A DNA stretch of 59,525 bases, the filler included, from Sphacelaria rigidula (taxonomy: Eukaryota): assembly GCA_964200075.2 (NCBI GenBank). It is 10 parts of 10 records of this genome, joined end to end, with 100 filler letters (N's around TTAATTAATTAA, not from the genome) between each part and the next. Parts side by side here need not be neighbours in the genome. Positions count along the whole stretch, not along the records: positions 47,702 to 53,563 come from CAXNAA020023896.1; positions 53,664 to 59,525 come from CAXNAA020023897.1; 8 more parts are not named here. One strand, given 5' to 3'. The translations under genes were made by a program, and so were the position numbers. How positions within the stretch are numbered: position 1 is the stretch's first letter; the number at the start of each line of letters is the position of its first letter. Of this stretch, positions 49,993 to 59,525 are shown one piece after another. The notes below the pieces were generated by a model. That model had not been told where the DNA came from and searched no databases. It saw only the letters and a list, made by a program, of their open reading frames with translations.

Positions 49993-50022
49993 TTAGGGTT
50001 AGGGTTAGGGTTAGGGTTAGGG
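49993..50022 (+). repeat. Interstitial telomere-like (TTAGGG)5 inside an intron
   Basis: TTAGGG x5; degenerate versions at ~25632 and ~52762. Confidence 0.85.
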
Positions 50023-50243
50023 TTTTGGGGTCGTATCCAGAGTGGAATACTAACTGTGGCGTGCTCTCAGGTATTTCAGAAGTCGAGTTTTTTGGGTGAG
50101 ATGAAGGGCTCATAACAATTCATAGCTGATGAGTATCTTATGCACCCCTATTCACCGCAACACCACTCATTTGTATGTTTGGATACATATATATATATAT
50201 ATACACTGTATATGTACATGTACATGATCCAATCTATACGCAG

Positions 50244-50644
50244 GATCGTTCTCGAGTTCAGGAGAAGCAGGAACGCCTCCACCGCCTCCACCACACCCTT
50301 CGTCATCATGTGCCCCCGAGGCTGCACCGAGCAAGAAAAACAGCAAAAACAGCAACAATGAGGATGACGACGACTACTACTACTGTCACGCCCTGCCGCC
50401 GTTCGAGAGGGATCTTCTGAAGCGTTACATAGACCTACCGTTCAATCGACTAAGTGGCGCAGCTGATGCCGGTTCGGCCGCAGCAGTGCCATCCGCGTTC
50501 GTCGCCGACCTACCGGCGATCTCCCCACGGAGAGCGGGTTGCGGCGGGAGCGATAGGGGGGTACCCGGGTTCTCGGCGGTGGACGAGGACGAAAGCGAAT
50601 CTGGCGTATTTTCCGACAAGGATTTCCGGAATATGAGCCTCAAG
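50244..50644 (+). CDS. EDR2 C-terminal (DUF1336) domain protein, next internal exon
   Basis: ACGCAG| then a 401-bp open frame ..LPPFERDLLKRYIDLPF..GVFSDKDFRNMSLK|GTGTGT; D..FRN..LK matches the EDR2_C 'DD.FRN.R(F/L)KLIP' motif; phase 1 matches the previous exon. Confidence 0.82.
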
Positions 50645-53600
50645 GTGTGTGTGTGTGAGACAGACAGACAGATGGACAGACAATGAGAGAGCAGGTGTGA
50701 CACGAGAAGTTTCGGGAGAAGCGAGCGATACTTTCGTTTTTTTCGTTGTTATTCTGAGTGCCTCTGCTGCTAGTTGGTTCAATCCGGTGTTCTCGTTGTT
50801 GGTTCTGAAACCGATTTTTGTTCCTTTTACTTTTTCTTGGCTGTGATTTTTGTTCTAATTCTCGTATGTGTGTTTTTTTCATGCGATTTTTTTTGTCGTG
50901 GTGCCACTTTTTTTTTCTTAGAGCGATTTTTTTCTTGTGCGTTTTTTATTTTTTATTTTGGGGGGAGGGGGTATTTTTTATCTGGTGCGATTTGTTTTGG
51001 TGTGATTTTGTTTCCGGTGCGACTACGTCCCTGAGGTTAGTGGGGCCCCTAGGATACTAGTGCCGTGAAAAATACCCACGAGGGGTCCAGGGTTTCGAAC
51101 GTGATCGCAGGATTGTTTTGCTCGCCTGCCTCTGATCCCTGCCCTATTGACGGACCCACTCTGTTCATTACGACTGCACAAACTTCATGTGCTTCACATT
51201 ACATCCACGGACCTGGTAAGATTTGAACAGCTGGAGGACGGCCATAGGGTCCGGAGAAGCCCGACTTCCCCCCCCTGCGAGCAGGTGTTAATCATGCGAA
51301 ATAGTTCAAAGATGTTCAGGATGAGGTCAGAGGCGAGTACGAGTATTTTGAAGGGTAGATGCTCCAGGTACTCCCCAATTCTCGGTATCCTGATTCACTG
51401 CTTGAGCTGCCTGTCCGAATTCACTGACGCTCGGAGGCTGGGAATTCAATATCCTACGGTCCTTGTAGACTCAGACAAGTAGCGTACGCGCTGATCATCA
51501 TCAGCTGCTGTTCCGCTGCACTGTAATGCGACGATGTGTGTCGAAATGTGTGTAACGCGACGATGTGTGTCGAATTTGAATCGATTGCGAACAGTACTCG
51601 TAGCTGCGGCCCGCGAGAGAGGCTATTCGAAACTTTCTCTCACCCTCGTCCTCTGCACTGAGCTCCTATCGCAGTCTGCTCGAGGTTACGCGCATGCAGC
51701 TGCATGATACTGTATCCATGGTACTACCATGCTGTAGGTTTGTTGATGAAATGCCGCTGGGGGGAAGTATGGACATGGGCGTGGTTATACCTTGTTAGTT
51801 CTCGTAAAATTGAACGTAAGATGTTAAACTACCTTACGGTATAGCTGCGCAGAACGGAACAGTAATTTAGTAGTAGTATACAACTGTACAACTGAGAGCC
51901 CTGCCACCTGTTGGCAGAAAAATTTGCCAAGAATAGGAAGGCGGTCTCCATAACCTCATTCATAGTTTGACTTCGTTCCCAGCATGATGCATGCCTGTGC
52001 AGCAGCGGCGACGTGTGTTGAGATTACCGGGGGAGTCCCACGCTATTCCAGCCCACGTTTGGGAGGTTTCCGATTTCACTACATTAGGGAACTCATTGAG
52101 AACCCCAAATTTGACACATGGCGCACGCTAGTATTTTGTGAACAATATTCGTGGAGTCGGTTTTGGGGCGGGGGGTGCATGGTGGCACAGGGAATGAAAA
52201 CAATGCCGTACCCAGGGGTGCTTTTTAGGATGAATTTAGGGGTGGTATCTACCGTTTTGACGTGTACCTTGCGAATGGCGATGCGTTCAGATGGAATGGA
52301 AGTTTTTTTTTTCGGAATGACTGAAACATATCGAAAAAATAAAAAAATGAAGCATGTTTTCTCACCCGGAGATTTAATGTATACCTGCATCCCCGCCAAA
52401 AACACACTGTCACACGGGTGGTATCTACCGTTTTCGCCTGTCACACACGAACGGCGATGAATCTGTACATACGAACACATCGATAGAACGGATGAACAAT
52501 GAACTATTTATCCCCAACCCCCATTTCTCCAATTTGGTGTTCATCACTTGGTCGAATAGAACCTTCCCCGAATTTCATAACTTGATTCAAGTGTGAACAC
52601 CGATATTCGGATTCTGAGTGCGGCTGACAGCCCCTCGCGTGCGCAATACGCGTTTTCGTCAAAATCGGCGCCTGCGGCGCTGTTTTGAGGTCTCCCTATG
52701 CCACACTTTGCGTAGGGAATGCTTCGCACCCCCGTCGCCCGAGGGTTGTCGGTATTCCTTGGGTTGGGGTTAGGGTTGTGAGGGTTTGCGTTATTTAAAA
52801 AAAAAATGTTTCCGAGAAATTTGTTCATAGACCAAGTGGTAAACACACCGCCATTTCTCCTCATCAGGGGATGAAATCGCCCTATCCCCTACCAAGGCAC
52901 GGTCCGGGTTGTCATCCACCGCTTTTTGCTAGTTACGCCGGCGTTTACTCATGAATGGCAATGCCCCCCGAACACCCGCCGGGCATTGTTAGAACGTATC
53001 CAACACATATTACTCCCTTATGACCTCTTTCTCGCCCCATACCCTTTTTCCGTGGATGAAATCGACGTATGCCCTTCCTGAATAATCTCAGTGGAAAGGG
53101 GGTTGGTATCCGACGTGTTGAGCCATTTGCGCCCGGATATTGGTACCAAGAGGAAGTTGACAATCTACCCTACTAACTAGTGATGCATGTCGTTTGTCGT
53201 AACGGGGTTGCAGACGCCCCGGGAAAGATATTGTTCCATCTCCCTAAACAAGCGCGCGATACCAGAAAGTGAAGGAACTCACCGGAGGTTGTCATCCGTA
53301 TGCAGGATGGTCAGTAGGCTTTGGGTTGAACAATCTTGGCAAGGTGCAGCTTACCCTTTATGCGAGTCGCCGAACACATTACGGCGCTTCGACTTGGTGG
53401 TTGAGTGCCAGCCTGATCCGGCGAAAACCCGGCGTGCTCTGTCCCGGCTTTGTAGCTTTGTGAGGTCAATGATCTCATGACGACGGCATGAAAGATCGTG
53501 AGTACCCCCCCCCCCCCCCCGCCAGGGAGCATACCCGAAACCAGACACACACCACCCCCACCANNNNNNNNNNNNNNNNNNNNNNNNNNNNNNNNNNNNN

Positions 53601-54599
53601 NNNNNNNTTAATTAATTAANNNNNNNNNNNNNNNNNNNNNNNNNNNNNNNNNNNNNNNNNNNNTGTGGTCTTGTGTGTACGGTCAGTGCGGTCCTGTCTC
53701 TTCAAGTCTTGGGTGCGTGGGCAGTCTGTATTGCATCGCGAGTGTTGTTCGCATCACGCGTGTTTCATCAGAAAAATGGATTTCACTGTCTGCGCTTCCG
53801 ATGTTTTTGCGCCGGGATCCTGACACGAAACATTCGCCGACAAGCGGGCAAGATCACCCTCTGCGACACAACAGACACGGAGCTATCGATGTTGATGCGT
53901 GGTGTTGGCGGCAGTGCGCTCTCGCACGCAAGATCAACACATCGCTGGCCGTAATCTAATCAAGGCTGTACTAGTTCAATTCACTTCGAAGAGCACGTGC
54001 TCAAAGCTGGAATGTGACCAAGAAAAGCATGGTAACATAGACCATAAACACCACAAAGTAGAACATGCTGCGTGCGGCTCACCCCGACTAAATGTACGCA
54101 GCCGATCGCCTCTGCGCATAACCCCATCCCCAAAAGATCTCTTCCTCAATCTCCTTCCGCTCCGGGCCGTCAGTAGTGTGCGCTCCGTTCCCGGTACTCG
54201 TCAGTCATCTCCACTTTGGGCAGCTGCTGTTGTGGGCATCTGCCTCTTTCCTTTGTTGTTGGGTTTCGAAGCTTCCGCTGCAATAGAGCAACACCACCGC
54301 CCCACACATCGGCAGACTACAAGCTGTCTACTGTCTGCTGTGCGGTATTTGATTTTACACTGTGCGTGCATGTGTGTTCTTGTCTCATCCATTCTGGACG
54401 CCGGTCTAGACACTGTGTTATATGTCGGCGCACCAGCCGGGGTGACACACACAGAAGGTCCGTGTTCAGGTTCTGAAACTAAAAAACACTGCATACTGCC
54501 GTGTTGTCTGGTGTTGAGTGTAGTAGTCTTTGCTCCATACACCACTGCAAACGTATCTTGTTTTGAGTGTACTGGCCTGTACTCAAGACATTGGGGTCA

Positions 54600-54760
54600 T
54601 GGTTCTAGCAGTTTTTTAAAAAAGTTCTGCTCGTTTTTCAAAACGTTCGCTTGATTTTTGAAAATTATTCCGAAAAAACGAGAGTGTTTTCTATCACAGA
54701 AATCTACAGCCGAATCTGGAATAGCCTGAGGCAACAACCAATTTCAAAATAGGAATATTG
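54600..54760. repeat. Dispersed repeat, reverse-complement homolog of 11400-11545
   Basis: ATTCCGAAAAAACGAGAGTGTTTTCT.TCACAGAA..GCCGAATCT.GAATAG is shared. Confidence 0.75.
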
Positions 54761-54779
54761 TTTCTTCTTGCAGTTGGCG

Positions 54780-55460
54780 CTGTTCATACCCAAGCACTGC
54801 ACTTCACAGACTGTACAACGCTTCGTGCTGCACTGCAGTTCACTGAACGCAGTTGTGCAGTTCTGTGCTACATTAGGATGCACAGTATTATGCTGCACGT
54901 GCCTGTACTGTACTGGGGTGAACAGCTTGTAGAGCAGGAAGGCGGCTCCCCACTGCACCTATGTGCTGGTGCGGAGAAAAATTTAAACTGTTTCAAACTT
55001 CAGTCACGTCGCTAGTTTTGCGAAACCGATGGATTTCAGTGAATCCTTTAGTAACAGAAAGTTTACTTTGTCTACATGGTGAAAGACCCCTCTGTATCTT
55101 TACCGGTGGTATGGGCCGAGCGCCGTGCTCTTCCATAACATCGGAGGTCAGGTTTCACTAGGGGGGGTGGTGTTCACCCTGGGCCGCACGGCTTCTGCCC
55201 TAACTCGTTGCATACAGCACTGTTGCCGTTGCAATTTGCGAAGCGAACTGCCAGTTTACAAACCAACACACCTCGATCGTCCACGCGGGAGCTCCTTCCT
55301 CCTGGACGATGTTGTCTGGGCCGCCGCCGCATGCACAGCTAGTGCGGGCCTTCCTTGTGAAATGAGGACATTTGCCATCATCCACCGTTTTTCACCGTTC
55401 TTCGCGGAGGCGTTTGGAATACTACAAGAAAAACATCCCGGCGTAACACTGACTATGTCA
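54780..55460. repeat. Diverged ~650-bp duplicate pair with 57850-58545
   Basis: CTGGTGCGGA.AAAA.ATTTAAAC..TTTCAAACTTCAGTCAC.TCG..GATGGATTTCA..CGAGCGCCGTGCTCT.CCAT.ACA.CGGAGGT.AGGTT..CATCATCCACCGTTT in both copies. Confidence 0.85.
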
Positions 55461-55499
55461 AGGGACCCCACATCGGGAATAATCGCAGTTCTACTTGAA

Positions 55500-57050
55500 G
55501 TGGAGGTTGAACAAACATCTCATGATCCTTGCGTTGAGGGCTGCTGCCATTCCTTGGGACATCTGCGATTTTCGGCCGACGACGAATGTTACGGGGGCCG
55601 GCCTACATGTGAGTATTATAGCGGCCACCTGCGTGGCTGTGGAAAGTCTGCCTGGGCATCTACCGCTCATGTACGTGCACCGCCGGCAAGGTGAGCTGTT
55701 GGCCGCGGATATCACGACGGGACCCCTTTGGCACAGGGACGGCGAGCAATGGGAGCGTTACCTCTCCGTCTTCGACGATGTAGCATCCCGTTGCGCGGTG
55801 CCAAGGATTGTAGGTGAAGATGGCCACATCGATAAGTGCTTGAAGATCAAAATTAGAGAGGTGGACAGAGTTGTCAATCTTTGGGTACTCCTTGTCTAAA
55901 CGTGTACGCCAATCTTTTGAAGCCTCTCCCTCAAAATTTGGTCGGGATATTGGTGTCGAAACATGGCAAGACGGCGTGTCTGTACATGCGGCGCAGCGTT
56001 GCGTTTGGTACCAGAGTATTTTTACATCGGAGCTGACCTCGCATGAACTTGAGGTTGTTTGTACTTGGGCGCCGCGTCCGGTAATTCAGTTGGAATTACT
56101 CGTGCCAAGTGAAACTCGACTTCACGGTCGACGAGGGAAAGGGGCTGCTGAGCCCCTCTCGCGATAAAACAAAATAAAGGCAAGCACCGCAAAAGGAAGG
56201 TGGGGTACTACACCAAACAAAAACAAAACGCCTGCGTTGGCCTTCCTCCTGTGTGACCCCGGCTAGTGCGCCCACATATACCGAAAGGTGTAGACCGGCG
56301 TCCAGAATAGATGTGACGACACCACACACACTCTTGCCAAGTAGTTTGGAAAGCTGCGGATTCGAAATCCCTAGAGACACCGTTTGTGTCTTTCCTGTCC
56401 GGTACTGAGTCCCCATCGTGGAAAAAGCACGAGTAAGCGAGTAGGAGGAGAATCGTTTGTGGAAACATCTCAGAGGATGCGGGAGTGCTTCTCTTACTTG
56501 AATTGCAAGATTTATTGTCGCGCGCAGCGGAAGGTATTCGGTGGTTCCACGAGATGCCGTGCCCACCTCGCAAAAGGGCATGAGTTGAAGGTGTGAGGGC
56601 AAACAAATGCCTAACGGAGTGGACACCACGCATCATCCGCCTTCGTTTGGTCTCATGCTCAAATTCTCCCAACTAGGCGATACGGATGATGCGGAGGGAG
56701 CCGCAGGTGCTCAAGTACCTCATCATGCAACCGGGCACCACGAAGAGTTGGTCCGACTCAAAGGCCGCCATCGCCCGTCTTGCTGATATACGCCGCGTGG
56801 ATGAGAGGGACGGGCCGGTGGCATGCATGGTTGGCAGGGGGTGGGTCGAAGTAGTCAGCCGAGATCTGGATCGGATATTCAGATTCCGAGTGCAGCGGCT
56901 CGGAGAGAGAGAATTCGGCATCGGAAGCTGGCAAAGACCACGGCAATGACTTCGCATTTTGATTGAGCCTGTAGAGAAAGTTGAAGGCATGTTTCATGCA
57001 GATGAGTTGCGGAGGTATATATGTAACCCTGGCGGTTGTCTTTTGCAGAG
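55500..57050 (-). mobile_element. Heavily degraded LINE reverse transcriptase relic, interrupted by the ~230-bp repeat at 56100-56335
   Basis: Eroded RT motifs in the expected order: DPPPANHACHRPVPLIHAAY (cf. DP...NYRPI.L...YK), GTTEYLPLRATINLA, FRQGVPK..LILIFKHL (cf. QGVPQG..LSP.LF). Confidence 0.5.
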
Positions 57051-59525
57051 AAAGCAATAACCCGTGCGTCGGGCTGATCGAGACGTTGTGCAGTGCTTGG
57101 TGCGGTGCGCCCTTGGGTGCAGACGTCTACGGCGGGTAGTCCGCCGACGCCGTCGGGCGAATGGCGGGTTGTACCTGAAGATAAATACTAGTGCGCATGA
57201 AACGAATCATAAAACACGAGTCAGAAGAGAGTCATGGTCTTGCAGTGAACCTCTTGGAATACTGTGCAACACGACCACCGCATGCGCATCGATTTCAGTC
57301 GTGAGGCGGCGTCTATAGCCTTCTGCACAGCTGGCAAATCACCACGAATCTTTGTATGATCGACAACACCCGATCATGAAAATTGAGGATGAAGTTTTCA
57401 TTGAGGATGATGAATCCGTTTTAATACTCATACCCACACCGATTTCTCGAAATATGGCTGCGTTCCTTCACGCTGTTGACAACTGCTGCACGCCATACAA
57501 CTTTGGAGTCCGAGTACAGATGTTTTGGGGTCCTACCAAGGGTCTGTCAGGAGGAGATTTTCGGACAACGAGCCCCCCCCCCCCCCAAAAGACCAAAACA
57601 AATGAGGGAAAATGACGGTTCAGTGCAGCGCTGTATATGCTCACAGAGTCGGTAAAATGCGCTGAAGACGTACCTGCGCGGTCAAGGGGCGTGAGGCTGA
57701 CGAAAGGATCATTGGGCATCATCTCTGAAAGTGTGGGGAAACCACTGTTTTGGGCTTGAACTTCATTTCATCGTGCAACCCCATTTTATAGAATTCCTTG
57801 TTTCTTGCTGTGAACGCCCTTCAGTACAGAGCTATCACTATATACTTCGCCGGCAGCGCAATGCTCTGTACTGCACTGAACTTTACGTACTGTATTGTAC
57901 TTTAGTACACTGTACTGTACTGTGCCAGGCTGTACTCTACTGTCTTGAACCGTACTGTGGTGTGCTGCGCTGCGCTGTGGTGTGCTCTATCTTGCTGTTA
58001 TGTGCTGTCGGTGCAGTACACGGCAGCCCAGATGGCCCATGCACTGGTGCGGATAAAAGATTTAAACCTTTTCAAACTTCAGTCACATCGTTTAAGTTAC
58101 GGCATGGATGGATTTCAACGCAAGCTTTTGCTATGGAAAGATTGTCTCTCTAGATGGTGAAAACACCCTCCTAGTCTCTGCCCGTGGCGTCATGCGAGCG
58201 CCGTGCTCTGCCATGACACCGGAGGTGAGGTTCGACGGGGGGGGGGGGGGGGGCCGCCCAGGCTGCACGGATTCTCTGCAAATGCTCCAAGCAGACAGCA
58301 CCAATATAGATGCAACTTGCGAGAGGAACTGCTTGTCAGTATATAAACACACATCGATCGTCTTCGAGCCCACTCCTTCCACTTGGGCGATGCTTTCAGG
58401 TCCGCAGCTGCATGCACAAGGTGTGCGGAACCTTGGATCGAAATTAGGATATTTGACATCATCCACCGTTTCTCGTGGACACTACGGAGGCGTCTATTTC
58501 GCTATAAGAATAAAAAAAATTCCTCGGCGTAACGCTGCAAAGATTTCTCGCTACTCGCGAACGTCACCGAGCCGAAATTTCACAGGCAGATACAACTAAA
58601 GCCTAAGCAAGCTCCGATTGCGTGTCGAAACAGTGCAATATCTGTAGTAGATCATCTTCACTTCACCCCTATTTCTAGTTCTGCGACTAGAGTGTTGGCC
58701 GCCAGGAAGTGAAGGATTGGTAGGTACACGTTTTGTCTAAACAGCGCAATTTGATTTGTGTCGATAGCTGCCGTATCTGTCGAGGTATTGCCATCTCAGT
58801 GAGGGGTGTTACAACATGTGAGGTGCGGCATGAAAACCCATCGGGTCACATGAAGGTTGTATCCAACTCGAGCAGGTAGTCATTGCGCCGCGTGTTTGTA
58901 GCGTGGGGAATGGGCATTATCTCCGCAAGCCCGTTTTTTCTTTTCATTAAGCTCCATTTTTTTCTTATGTATAGGCTTTCCCACTTGTTTTATGCCCCAT
59001 TCTAAGCTCTTCTCAGCGAAAATATGCGTGTACTTTATGCGCCCCCTTCGCGTCCTTGTTGTGACGTTTGTGGCAGCATCCCCTCACGAGGCGCGCCTTC
59101 TAGCATGATGAGTAGACGATAATTTGGGTATTCGAAGTTTAAAAAACTGTTTTTCTAATGAAAGATGAGACTTTTCTCCGATCATTGAGTTTGAACACCA
59201 CCCCAAACCACCTATCGAAACAACGTGTCCGCACTACGTACACTCATGATACATGATGCAGCAGTGGGTCATTGCAGCCTCTGGACACAGGGTATTGCAG
59301 GCTTTGGCCTCTCGCCCGGCAAGCTTCACGCTACAAGCTATCCCCGCCCCCCCCCCGCCCCCCACCCCCCCCGTTCCCCTTCACCTCTAGACTCTTGGGT
59401 TGGCGTCGAGTGGCAACGCCGCTGTAAAACAAGCCACCAAAACCTAGACGAATGTACAGACTGACACCGCGTACATATACCGGGGACCGCGACTACAGAA
59501 CGTTCCGGACCGACATACACGACAG

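Noticed and set aside
49993..50022. True telomere or chromosome end
   Set aside because: Only five units, inside an intron in the middle of a contig.
35778..50644. Gene cluster of tyrosinase, MLH1 and EDR2-C
   Set aside because: The three genes lie on three unrelated contigs, so no synteny can be inferred.
5864..53663. Regularly spaced TTAATTAATTAA motif with ~5.96-kb period as a biological repeat
   Set aside because: It is an assembly linker embedded in N runs.
53899..54654. 251-aa ORF
   Set aside because: It runs through the dispersed 230-bp repeat and another repeat, has a non-ATG start and shows no domain.

Overview
This window is eukaryotic, repeat-rich and not one locus. It is ten unrelated contigs of 5862-5863 bp (1-5863, 5964-11826, 11927-17789, 17890-23752, 23853-29715, 29816-35677, 35778-41639, 41740-47601, 47702-53563, 53664-59525) joined by artificial 100-bp spacers (N44-TTAATTAATTAA-N44), as in a length-sorted 'unplaced' pseudo-chromosome. 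Short exons in long repeat-filled introns, TTAGGG repeats and the protein families suggest a brown alga or other stramenopile (inference). Host gene pieces: five phase-consistent exons of a tyrosinase-family protein (minus, 35931-41489), exon 1 of MLH1 (44865-44984), two exons of an EDR2-C/DUF1336 protein joined by a probable GC-AG intron (49559-50644), and the last exon of a FABP/lipocalin-like protein (18004-18432). Most of the rest is decayed transposon DNA: a Ty3/Gypsy element, a MULE transposase relic, LINE relics, hAT fragments, tRNA-derived SINEs, several MITE families and satellites. I found no prokaryote-type system. The best leads are a ~900-bp hairpin built from two hAT transposase 3' fragments (a possible Mu-killer-like siRNA source), a Gypsy element with a CCCH finger and chromo-like plus Tudor-like tail domains, and a TTAA-flanked piggyBac-like MITE that stacks at its own ends. 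All calls are by-eye motif recognition; no searches were run.
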